This document shows, in pieces, positions 1-8,488 of a stretch of DNA of 47,132 bases. The stretch lies in the sequence record DRR378314_166; one strand, 5' to 3'. The position numbers and the translations under genes are program-made. The notes under the pieces were generated by a model. The model was not told the origin of the DNA, searched no databases, and saw only the letters and a list, made by a program, of their open reading frames with translations. Position 1 is the stretch's first letter. Each line of letters starts with the position of its first letter.

Positions 1-1103
1 TGCTTCAGGAGGCGTTCAATATCTCTCAATAGATTACGTTCACGTGGTTCACAGATTGAAATCGCTGTGCCAGCTGCGCCGGCCCGACCTGTCCGGCCAA
101 CCCGATGAACATAATTTTCTGCTTCCATGGGAAGGTCATAGTTGATCACATGGGTGATGTCTTTTACATCGATCCCGCGTGCCGCTACATCCGTGGCCAC
201 AAGGACAGAGATCCGATTGTTTTTGAAGGCTCGCAAGGTTTTCTCACGCGCTCGTTGCGGACGATCGCCGTGAATTGCAGTTGCCTTGATATCCTCAAAA
301 GTATTTTCAATCAGCTCGGCGATGGTTTCTGTCGTTGCTTTGGTGCGGACAAAAACGATGACTTTTTTCGTTTGCTCAAGCCCTATTAAATGTAAAAGCA
401 GGTCTTGTTTGTGGTCCTTTTTAACCATCAGTACTGAATGATCAATCGTGTCGGCAACTACACTTTGGCGCGGAGCTTCAACAAATTTAGGGTCTGTCAG
501 AAGCGCGTTGGACAATTTTCGAATGTTTGAGCTCATTGTTGCAGAGAACATAACGGTTTGATGGTTCTCTGGTAATGTGTCAGCTATGCTCTGAACATCT
601 TCGATAAAGCCCATATCGAGCATACGGTCGGCTTCATCCAGGATGAAGTGATTAACACTGGACAGGTCAACCGTTCCCCGTTCCATATGATCTTTGAGGC
701 GTCCAGGGGTGGCCACAAGGATATCCACGCCGCGCTTGAGCTGCTGCAGCTGAGGTCCGTAGGGCGAGCCGCCATATACAATCGTATGAAATAGCTTGAT
801 GCCTCGGGTCAGGATTTGGATTTCTTTGCCGATCTGCAAGGCCAGTTCTCGTGTTGGGGCCAAAATAACAGATGTTGGCTTGTTCGGTTTAGGTCTTACC
901 CGATCATGCTGCAGGCTTTGCAGAAGGGGTAGTAGAAACGCTGCTGTCTTGCCGCCACCCGTTTGGGCGATGCCCATCAGATCCTGACCATCCAAAAGTG
1001 CCGGAATTGCACGTTTCTGAATTTCGGTAGGTTCTGTAAAATTTTGTTTTTCAAGGGCGCGCAAAAGCGGGCCAACCAGTTGAAGGTCGGTAAAAGTAGT
1101 CAT
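1..1103 (-). CDS. DEAD/DEAH-box ATP-dependent RNA helicase (RhlE-like), 3' end runs off the window
   Basis: Hand translation from ATG at 1103 (GAGGA RBS upstream): MTTFTDLQLVGPLL...PTEIQ (Q motif), AQTGGGKT (I), PTRELA (Ia), TPGRL (Ib), LDEADRMLDMGF (II), SAT (III), ARGID (V), HRVGRTGRAG (VI). No stop codon before base 1, so it is missing from the ORF track. Confidence 0.95.
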   Translation of the reverse strand, partial: MTTFTDLQLVGPLLRALEKQNFTEPTEIQKRAIPALLDGQDLMGIAQTGGGKTAAFLLPLLQSLQHDRVRPKPNKPTSVILAPTRELALQIGKEIQILTRGIKLFHTIVYGGSPYGPQLQQLKRGVDILVATPGRLKDHMERGTVDLSSVNHFILDEADRMLDMGFIEDVQSIADTLPENHQTVMFSATMSSNIRKLSNALLTDPKFVEAPRQSVVADTIDHSVLMVKKDHKQDLLLHLIGLEQTKKVIVFVRTKATTETIAELIENTFEDIKATAIHGDRPQRAREKTLRAFKNNRISVLVATDVAARGIDVKDITHVINYDLPMEAENYVHRVGRTGRAGAAGTAISICEPRERNLLRDIERLLK

Positions 1104-1316
1104 AAAATCCTCATACATGTGAACCGCCGGAACTTTTGTTCGACGGTTAACTCTTAAAGCCAATTAGGTGGGAACTGTTTCTCCCAGCCTGGCTTGGATT
1201 TTAAAAATACAACCGGCAGACAGCATATAGGATGCTGTGGAAAGACTGTTCGCAAACCTTAAACGAAAGCAGATTACATGCTGCACCTGCTAAGTGCTTC
1301 AACTTTCTGCGAGAGC

Positions 1317-1345
1317 CGTATGCGGCTTTTTCCAGGAATTGTCAA
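1317..1345 (-). promoter_or_regulatory. Putative sigma70 promoter of the helicase (TTGACA-N17-CATACG)
   Basis: Minus strand reads cTTGACA attcctggaaaaagccg CATACG: perfect -35, 17-nt spacer, degenerate -10 of the kind common in alphaproteobacteria. Confidence 0.55.
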
Positions 1346-1476
1346 GATATCATTTTTCCTGAACGTGAAATATGTCGTTTAATTTATTGAAAATACGGCA
1401 AAAAAATTTGGACCACCAAATATTAGAAAAACTGGGTGGTAATTTTCCAGGAAATAGGGTAGTAAATCTGACGTAA

Positions 1477-1493
1477 ATTGTGCACTGCACAAT
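1477..1493. promoter_or_regulatory. Palindromic operator ATTGTGCA-C-TGCACAAT (PhaR-like box)
   Basis: Perfect 8-bp inverted repeat around one central base, 35 nt upstream of sulP; contains TGCACTGCACAA, which fits the TGC-rich PhaR-type consensus as I recall it. Confidence 0.55.
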
Positions 1494-1528
1494 AATCTAA
1501 AGTAGAAATTTATGGTCTGAGAGTTAGA

Positions 1529-3079
1529 GTGCGATCAAAATCAATGACAATTCCCTTTGTTGGTGACCTATCACCGCTGCGCCTTAAAACCGAACTGTTA
1601 TCCGGCCTGACCGTGGCTCTTGCCTTAGTGCCGGAAGCAGTAGCCTTTGCTTTCGTTGCCGGGGTTCACCCGCTTGTCGGTTTATATGCTGCTTTTCTTG
1701 TCGGTCTGATTACGGCTGTTATCGGCGGCCGGCCTGGAATGATCTCAGGTGCGACAGGGGCACTGGCGGTTGTGATGGTCAGCCTGGTTGCTATTCATGG
1801 GGTGCAATATTTGTTTGCAACTGTTGTTCTTATGGGAATTATTCAGGTGCTGGCAGGTATTTTCCGGCTTGGAAAATTCATCCGCATGGTCCCCCATCCG
1901 GTGATGCTGGGTTTTGTAAACGGCCTGGCAATTGTGATTTTCCTGGCGCAGCTGGGGCAGTTTCAGATCCCGGATACCACGGGCCAGATGGTCTGGATTG
2001 AAGGAATGCAGCTATATACGATGCTGGGTCTTGTCGCTTTGACCATGGCTATTATCGTGATTATGCCAAAGATTACAAAAGCAATTCCAGCACCGTTGAT
2101 CGGAATTTTGGTTGTGTCCTTATTGGTTGTCTGGTTGGGGCTGGATGCTCGCACCGTTGGCGATCTGGCATCCATCGGGGGGCAATTCCCAGAATTTGCC
2201 ATCCCGGCGGTCCCAATGACATTGGAAACCCTTTGGATTATCTTACCCTATGCGTTCATTTTGGCGGCGATTGGTTTGATTGAAAGCCTGTTGACGCTAA
2301 ACCTGGTGAGTGAGCTTACAGATACTCGCGGCGGTGCCAGTCAGGAATGCCTCGCGCAGGGGACTGCAAATGTTGTCACCGGGTTCTTTGGCGGTATGGG
2401 CGGGTGCGCCATGATTGGCCAGAGCATGATTAACGTTACATCTGGTGGCCGGGCTCGTCTTTCCGGCATTTCCGCAGCTTTGTTCCTTTTGGCGTTTATT
2501 TTATTCGGCGCCCCACTGATTGAACAGATCCCTCTGGCGGCACTAGTTGGTGTGATGTTCATGGTTGTGATCGCAACGTTCGCCTGGTCCAGCTTCCGGA
2601 TTATTACAAAAATTCCCAAATCGGATGCATTTGTTTTGGTACTGGTGTCCGGGGTGACCGTGGCGAGCGATTTGGCGATTGCAGTTGTCGTTGGGGTTAT
2701 CGTATCTGCCTTGGTGTATGCGTGGGAGACTGCCAAGAAAATACATACAAAAACGGAAATCGATGACAAAGGCTCAAAGATTTATCGTCTTGAAGGGCCA
2801 CTTTTCTTTGGCTCCGTCGCGAGTTTTCAGGAGTTGTTTGATCCGAAAAATGATCCTGATGACGTAATTATTGATTTTCAGGATAGCCGGGTGGTGGACC
2901 ATTCAGGGCTTCAGGCTATTGATAGTCTGGCTGAAAAATACAGCAACGCGGGAAAACAATTGCATCTGCGGCACTTAAGTAAAGATTGCCAGGACTTACT
3001 ACATAAAGCTCGTAACATGGTGGAAGTTTCCGTATTGGAAGATCCAAAATACGCCGTGGCGGCGGATTATGAGAAATAA
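1529..3079 (+). CDS. SulP family inorganic anion transporter with C-terminal STAS domain
   Basis: [38 protein letters not shown] motifs; many TM segments; STAS GPLFFGS...[16 protein letters not shown]. Start may be ATG 1544. Confidence 0.92.
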   Translation: MRSKSMTIPFVGDLSPLRLKTELLSGLTVALALVPEAVAFAFVAGVHPLVGLYAAFLVGLITAVIGGRPGMISGATGALAVVMVSLVAIHGVQYLFATVVLMGIIQVLAGIFRLGKFIRMVPHPVMLGFVNGLAIVIFLAQLGQFQIPDTTGQMVWIEGMQLYTMLGLVALTMAIIVIMPKITKAIPAPLIGILVVSLLVVWLGLDARTVGDLASIGGQFPEFAIPAVPMTLETLWIILPYAFILAAIGLIESLLTLNLVSELTDTRGGASQECLAQGTANVVTGFFGGMGGCAMIGQSMINVTSGGRARLSGISAALFLLAFILFGAPLIEQIPLAALVGVMFMVVIATFAWSSFRIITKIPKSDAFVLVLVSGVTVASDLAIAVVVGVIVSALVYAWETAKKIHTKTEIDDKGSKIYRLEGPLFFGSVASFQELFDPKNDPDDVIIDFQDSRVVDHSGLQAIDSLAEKYSNAGKQLHLRHLSKDCQDLLHKARNMVEVSVLEDPKYAVAADYEK

Positions 3080-3177
3080 TCAGCTTTGAAAATGCAAAGT
3101 AATGGATAAATTCTTTGTGTCTCGAAAAAATTGATGGATAATACATAAAATTAACTAGCTCAATAGGGGTATTTCCA

Positions 3178-4008
3178 ATGGATTCTTGGGAAAATTTTGA
3201 TCTTCAGGCCGTGACTGAAGAACTGGTTACAATACTGACAACTTATGGTCTCGATGTGATCGGGGCGATTATCATCCTGATCGTCGGAAACATTATTTCG
3301 AAATGGGTTCCGGGGCTGGTTACAAAAACCATGAACAAACGGAATGTTGACGTGACAGTTGTCAACTTCCTCAGCAACATGATCCGGATGTCCATTATGG
3401 CGATCACCCTGCTGTTAGTTCTGGCGCAGTTCGGCGTACAGACCGCCAGTCTTATCGCTGTTCTTGGTGCTGCTGGTTTGGCTATTGGCTTGGCGTTGCA
3501 GGGAACCTTATCGAATGTGGCTGGCGGCGTAATGTTGCTGCTTTTCCGGCCCTTCCGAGTTGGAGAGTTCGTTGAAGTCGCAGGATACAGCGGGACGGTA
3601 AAGGCACTGAACTTGTTTTCCACGGAAATGGCAACACCGGATAATGTGCAGATTATCCTTCCAAATGCCAGTGTATGGGGAAGCGCGATTAAGAATTTCA
3701 GTTTCCATTCAACTCGGCGTGTGGATCTGGTCATGGGTATTGATTATGCCGATGATATGGATAAGGCCCGCGATTTGATGCTGGCAGCGATCCAGGGGGA
3801 TGAAAGGGCGCATAAAGATCCCGAGCCAATGGTGGTTGTGTCTGAGCTGGCAGACAGTTCTGTCAATTTTACAGTTCGAATTTGGTGCGATAGCGGAGAC
3901 TATTGGCCACTGAAATTCGATATGACCAAAAAGTTCAAGGAAACGTTCGATAAAGAAGGGATCAGCATTCCTTTCCCACAACGGGTTATTCATACTGTCA
4001 AGGAATAG
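3178..4008 (+). CDS. mscS: Small-conductance mechanosensitive channel
   Basis: GAAGLAIGLALQGTLSNVAGG TM3, RPFRVGEFV, IPFPQR C-terminus; 276 aa. Confidence 0.92.
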   Translation: MDSWENFDLQAVTEELVTILTTYGLDVIGAIIILIVGNIISKWVPGLVTKTMNKRNVDVTVVNFLSNMIRMSIMAITLLLVLAQFGVQTASLIAVLGAAGLAIGLALQGTLSNVAGGVMLLLFRPFRVGEFVEVAGYSGTVKALNLFSTEMATPDNVQIILPNASVWGSAIKNFSFHSTRRVDLVMGIDYADDMDKARDLMLAAIQGDERAHKDPEPMVVVSELADSSVNFTVRIWCDSGDYWPLKFDMTKKFKETFDKEGISIPFPQRVIHTVKE

Positions 4009-4024
4009 AGATCACAAATTCTGG

Positions 4025-4056
4025 AAAAGCCCTGGTTTTCATGCCGGGGCTTTTTT
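4025..4056. terminator. Bidirectional intrinsic terminator
   Basis: aaaagccctgg-ttttcatg-ccggggctttttt between convergent mscS and K+ channel genes, with A and T tracts on either side. Confidence 0.8.
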
Positions 4057-4534
4057 AGTCGTCTTTTGGCGGTTGTTCTTCGTGATCCAGATAGGGCGGA
4101 ATATGGGCTGTCATTCCGTGTTTGCGCCAGTAAAAGGCACGCACATTGACCAGGAAGGCTGTGCTCCACCCAAACAGTAGAATTCCGCTTACAGCTTGTA
4201 AGGCGGATGTGATCCGCCAGTCTTCTGAAAGGGTGATGTCACCAAAGCCAAGAGTGGTAAAGGTGACAGTTGAAAAATAAACGGCTTCCGACAGTGTTTC
4301 ATTTTCTTCTGCCAGCCAATAAAACAGGGCCCAGATCCACGCTTCAATGGTATGAGCTAGAAAGATGCCCAAAACGACGATAATCATGATGACAACATGT
4401 CCAAGTACCGGAAGCCGCAATTCCCATTTCTGCCCTGAAACTTTGACCCGCCGAAGCAACACCTCCAGACAAAGTGCGTGATTAATGACGCAAAGAATAA
4501 TCAGAATTGTTCCGACAAAAAGCTGCAGGGTCAT
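4055..4534 (-). CDS. Small potassium channel family protein (Ion_trans_2)
   Basis: Pore helix and filter AVYFSTVTFTTLGFGDI flanked by TM helices; GILLFGWSTAFL. Confidence 0.85.
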   Translation of the reverse strand: MTLQLFVGTILIILCVINHALCLEVLLRRVKVSGQKWELRLPVLGHVVIMIIVVLGIFLAHTIEAWIWALFYWLAEENETLSEAVYFSTVTFTTLGFGDITLSEDWRITSALQAVSGILLFGWSTAFLVNVRAFYWRKHGMTAHIPPYLDHEEQPPKDD

Positions 4535-4608
4535 GGGTTAATCCAGAAGAGTTGACGTTCATCCGACTAAACGGCGAATGCTTGCCCGGGTCAAGTCTGA
4601 TCGGCGAA

Positions 4609-6216
4609 TTAGGCGGCTTGATGTGATCGTTGTTGCGCACTGGCTTTGATCATATCAACGGCTTTTTCGGCAATCATAATTGTCGGCGCGTTTGTATTAC
4701 CACCGACCAGTGTGGGCATTACAGAAGCATCGACAATCCGTAAATTCTCCATCCCATGAACTTTCAATTCAGGATCAACAACCGCCATGTCATCTATTCC
4801 CATTTTGCAGGTGCCGACAGGATGATAAACCGTATCAGAGCGGTTGCGTAATGCCTGTATCAGGGCTTCATCGGAGGAAAGATCAACCGGATAAAGCGCT
4901 TTACCGCGATACCGATCAAAGGCCGGTGCATGTAATATCCGCTCCATTTCCTTCACGCCTTTAAGAAGTGTCTGCAAATCTGCCTCGTCGCCGAAAAAGT
5001 TTGGATCAATCCGAGGGGCGGCAACAGGGTTAGGAGAATTTAGCCGAACCGTGCCCCGGCTTTTGGGTCTAAGGACGCAACAATGGCAACTGAACCCGTA
5101 ACCCAGATTGGTTTTGCGCGCATGATCGTCGATCATTCCAACGACCAGATGCAATTGATAATCTGGTATTTTCAGGTCTGGTGAGGTTTTCAGAAAAGCT
5201 CCTACTTCTGCAAATGGTGTCGTAATAATCCCGGTCCGCTTTTTGCGCCATTCAGAAATTCCGCTAATGATTTCTCCAAGTCCGCCAAAAGTAATCCCCA
5301 AGGTGTCTTTGGACGCGGATCGGTAGGCGGAGACGTAGTCGATATGATCCTGAAGATTTTCGCCGACACCCGGTAGTTGGTGATTTACCTCCAGCCCCTG
5401 TTCTTTGATTGCATCTTCAGGCCCAATGCCGGACAGCAGCATGAGTTGAGGAGTGGCAAATGCACCGCCGCAAAGGATAACTTCGCGTTCGGCTTTGATT
5501 TCAAGAAGCTCGCGTCCTTTTTGATACTGAATACCGACCGCTTTTTTCCCCTCCAGCAAGATTTTGGTCGCTGAGGCATGGGTAATAACGGTCAGGTTCG
5601 GCCGATCCAGATTAGGCGTCAGATAGCCTTTGGCCGCGCTCCATCTCTCTCCATTTTTCTGGGTGGTTTGAAAGAAGCCGATACCTTCCTGCTCAGCACC
5701 GTTAAAATCGTCGGTGATCGGAAACTGCAGTTCACTGGCGGCGGCAAGAAAGACATCCCCAATTTTTTTCTTGGAGCGCAGATCCGCAACATTGAGGGGG
5801 CCACCTGTTCCATGAAATTCGTCACCGCCCCGTTCGTTGTTTTCAGCCCGTTTGAAATAGGGGAGGACCTCCTCATAAGACCAGCCTGTATTTCCAAGAC
5901 TGGCCCAATGGTCATAGTCCCATTTATGGCCGCGCACATAGAGCATCGCATTGATCGAGCTGGAGCCGCCCAGCGTTTTTCCGCGCGGCTGATATCCTTT
6001 GCGGTTGTTGAGGCCGGGCTGGGGTACGGTTTCAAATGCCCAGTTACTGAGTTTCCGCGGCAACATGGCCGCGACCCCGATGGGAGCGTGGATCAGAATG
6101 CTTTTATCTGGCCCGCCCGCTTCGAGCAGGCAGACATTGATCTTAGGATCTTCACTTAGGCGGCTGGCAACAACAGATCCGCCGGAGCCACTGCCAACTA
6201 CAATATAATCAAACAT
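4609..6216 (-). CDS. GMC family FAD oxidoreductase (choline/alcohol dehydrogenase-like)
   Basis: MFDYIVVGSGSGG, RGKTLGGSSSINAM, YHPVGTCKMG, DASVMP..GGNTNAPTIMIAEK; ATG 6216 follows a GGGGAGG RBS. Confidence 0.9.
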   Translation of the reverse strand: MFDYIVVGSGSGGSVVASRLSEDPKINVCLLEAGGPDKSILIHAPIGVAAMLPRKLSNWAFETVPQPGLNNRKGYQPRGKTLGGSSSINAMLYVRGHKWDYDHWASLGNTGWSYEEVLPYFKRAENNERGGDEFHGTGGPLNVADLRSKKKIGDVFLAAASELQFPITDDFNGAEQEGIGFFQTTQKNGERWSAAKGYLTPNLDRPNLTVITHASATKILLEGKKAVGIQYQKGRELLEIKAEREVILCGGAFATPQLMLLSGIGPEDAIKEQGLEVNHQLPGVGENLQDHIDYVSAYRSASKDTLGITFGGLGEIISGISEWRKKRTGIITTPFAEVGAFLKTSPDLKIPDYQLHLVVGMIDDHARKTNLGYGFSCHCCVLRPKSRGTVRLNSPNPVAAPRIDPNFFGDEADLQTLLKGVKEMERILHAPAFDRYRGKALYPVDLSSDEALIQALRNRSDTVYHPVGTCKMGIDDMAVVDPELKVHGMENLRIVDASVMPTLVGGNTNAPTIMIAEKAVDMIKASAQQRSHQAA

Positions 6217-6329
6217 ATTTTCCTCCCCCTGTGATTTCAGATCTCTGAAAATCACGCTGAAATTTTTGTTTTGGTTATTCAGCTATAAGGAGAATTGTAC
6301 ATATGATTTTTTCCTAAACCAAATGGTTT

Positions 6330-6977
6330 TTAGGGTTTCAAATTGGCGGGGCAATCTAATTGTTGTTCCGGCGCAGCGTCTTTGAACGCCTTTAATTGAG
6401 TGCAGGCGGCGTAGATTACCATAATTTTGGGGTAGGGGGTAAGGTCGATGCCGAAGCGGATTGCATTATAAACCTGTGGGATGAGAAAAAGGTCTGCCAT
6501 TGTGATTTCAGGGCCAGCGGAATAAGGCCCGCCGATCAGTTGTGGCTCCAACGCGCTAAACCCTTTTTCGATCCAGTGTTCATACCAGATCCGTTTGTCT
6601 TTCTCAGTTACGTTAAGAGTATTTGTTAAGTAATTCAAAATCCTAAGATTGTTCACCGGGTGAATATCGCATGCGATACTGTCGCACCAACTTTGAATAG
6701 TTGCAGTCATAAAGGGATCATTGGGTTGTAATGGAACGTCAGGATATACCGCCTCCAGATAACTCAGAATAGCAGGAGACTGGGTTAGTATTCGGCCGTC
6801 TTGCAGCTTAAGTGATGGAACGAACCCTTGCCGGTTCACCTCAAGATACGAAGCAGATTGATGTTCCTGATTGACAAGATTTATCGGCGTCAGGGTATGC
6901 TCGATTTCCTTGAGGTTCAGCGCAATTCGAACCCGGTAAGCCGCAGAGGAGCGGAAATAAGTATAAAGCTCCAGCAT
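6330..6977 (-). CDS. maiA: Maleylacetoacetate isomerase (GST zeta class)
   Basis: YFRSSAAYRVRIALNLK, IACDIHPVNNLRIL, PQVYNA; directly downstream of fahA. Confidence 0.93.
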   Translation of the reverse strand: MLELYTYFRSSAAYRVRIALNLKEIEHTLTPINLVNQEHQSASYLEVNRQGFVPSLKLQDGRILTQSPAILSYLEAVYPDVPLQPNDPFMTATIQSWCDSIACDIHPVNNLRILNYLTNTLNVTEKDKRIWYEHWIEKGFSALEPQLIGGPYSAGPEITMADLFLIPQVYNAIRFGIDLTPYPKIMVIYAACTQLKAFKDAAPEQQLDCPANLKP

Positions 6978-6982
6978 CGGCG

Positions 6983-8302
6983 TCAGGCTGATTTCGCAGG
7001 CATCACCGTACCTGCGGAGCTGCCAAATCCGATCCGGACAGCGCCGTCTCGGTCACAATGACCGGTTATGATCACTGTATCGCCATCTTCGATAAAGGTC
7101 CGGGTTTCCCCATTGGGAAGTGTTACCGGCTCTTTCCCGCCTTTGGTGAGTTCGATCATGGCGCAGGCTTCTATGGCGTCCGGTCCGGACATGGTTCCGG
7201 TTGCCATCAAATCACCAGGTTGCAGGTTGCATCCGCCAGCGGTGTGATGGGTCACCATTTGGGCAACTGTCCAGTAACTGTATTTCATGTTGGAGGTTGC
7301 CAGTGAATGTGGGGCCTGGTTTTGTGATTTCATCTGCTCGGTATGCAGCTGAACATCAAGATTGATATCCAGTCCGCCAGATCGGCTATTCATTTCTGAC
7401 GCCAGATAAGCCATCGGTTGGGGATCATCTGCTGGATGGGCAAAATCTGTTCTAAAAGGGGCCAGGGCTTCCATCGTGACAAGCCAGGGGGACATGGTCG
7501 ACGCAAAATTCTTAGCGAGAAACGGTCCCAGTGGCTGATACTCCCACGCTTGAATGTCTCTGGCGGACCAGTCGTTGAACAGGCACATGCCAAACACATG
7601 GTCCTCAGCTTCATCAATTGAGAGGCTACTGCCCAGTTCAGTCCCGGCGCCCACCAAGATGCCCATTTCCAGTTCAAAATCCAGCCGCTTACAAGGGCCG
7701 AACGAAGGGGCTTCTGCTTCAGGCGCTTTGGTTTGTCCTTTGGGTCTTGGGAAAGTTTGGCCCGATACACCAATGGAAGACGAGCGGCCATGATATCCAA
7801 TGGGGATCCATTTGTAATTGGGCAGAAGCGGGTTGTCCGGGCGGAAAAGCGCGCCGATATTTGTGGCATGATGAACGGAAGCATAAAAATCCGTATAATC
7901 TGGAATAGTACACGGAACTGCATATTCGGCCTCTTCCATTGGCAACAGGCATTTTTTGAGGAGAGGTTCCGCCGGTGAGCCTTCTTTAAGGGCTAGGGAA
8001 AGAGCTTTTCGAAGGTTGGACCAGTGGTTGACGCCCAGGCTCATTAATTCATTCAGCTTCTCAGCCTTGAGCGCTGAGAGAAGGTCTTCATCCTCAAAAC
8101 CCAAGGCACCGGTGGTCACTGCTTTTCGCAAATCCAGGATGTGGTCCCCAATGGCAACACCGATGGCAAATTGTTCGGAACTTCCGGTCTTACGGAAGGC
8201 TGCGAACGGAAGGTTCTGGATTGGAAAATCCGTTTTTCCATCATTTGCAGAAGATATCCAGCTTTTCAGATTTGGATCATGGGTTTCATTCAGGTTAAGC
8301 AT
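6983..8302 (-). CDS. fahA: Fumarylacetoacetase
   Basis: LNETHDP...DFPIQNLPF, DYTDFYASVHHATN, LDFELEMG, NDWSARDIQAWEYQPLGPFLAKNF, TGTMSGP; start set at ATG 8302. Confidence 0.95.
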   Translation of the reverse strand: MLNLNETHDPNLKSWISSANDGKTDFPIQNLPFAAFRKTGSSEQFAIGVAIGDHILDLRKAVTTGALGFEDEDLLSALKAEKLNELMSLGVNHWSNLRKALSLALKEGSPAEPLLKKCLLPMEEAEYAVPCTIPDYTDFYASVHHATNIGALFRPDNPLLPNYKWIPIGYHGRSSSIGVSGQTFPRPKGQTKAPEAEAPSFGPCKRLDFELEMGILVGAGTELGSSLSIDEAEDHVFGMCLFNDWSARDIQAWEYQPLGPFLAKNFASTMSPWLVTMEALAPFRTDFAHPADDPQPMAYLASEMNSRSGGLDINLDVQLHTEQMKSQNQAPHSLATSNMKYSYWTVAQMVTHHTAGGCNLQPGDLMATGTMSGPDAIEACAMIELTKGGKEPVTLPNGETRTFIEDGDTVIITGHCDRDGAVRIGFGSSAGTVMPAKSA

Positions 8303-8337
8303 GGGGATCCCTTGATTGTCCGTTTGAGCATTGAATT

Positions 8338-8408
8338 TAGTTTCAGTTGAAATTACCTTAACTTGTAGGAATGCCATCATCAACAAAAAATAGTTACTTT
8401 TGAAACTA
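8338..8408. promoter_or_regulatory. Twin pseudo-palindromic operators TAGTTWC-N4-GAAAYTA
   Basis: TAGTTTCAGTTGAAATTA (8338-8355) and TAGTTACTTTTGAAACTA (8391-8408) in the fahA/MBL divergent region. Confidence 0.65.
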
Positions 8409-8488
8409 ATTTATGCTATTGGCAGACTCATACTAAGATCGCTCATTTTGGGCTGGGATCAAATCAGAACGGATGTAAGGGTGAAATA

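Noticed and set aside
105..1157. Short ORFs 105-389, 584-781, 796-987 and 963-1157
   Set aside because: Antisense or off-frame shadows of the DEAD-box helicase at 1-1103 on the minus strand.
5578..6159. 193-aa plus-strand ORF and similar long antisense ORFs (8720-9301, 39442-39963, 45247-45870)
   Set aside because: Opposite well-supported genes, with no recognisable motifs; expected from codon bias.
4609..6216. Calling the GMC enzyme betA
   Set aside because: Not adjacent to betB or betI, and only family-level motifs are recognisable; substrate left open.
8303..8386. N-terminal extension of fahA in the ORF track (similar extensions for GMC, argE, the ABC binding protein, yeiH, GFA, ACAD)
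   Set aside because: Downstream starts match family N-termini and mostly have better RBSs; the fahA extension runs through an operator site.
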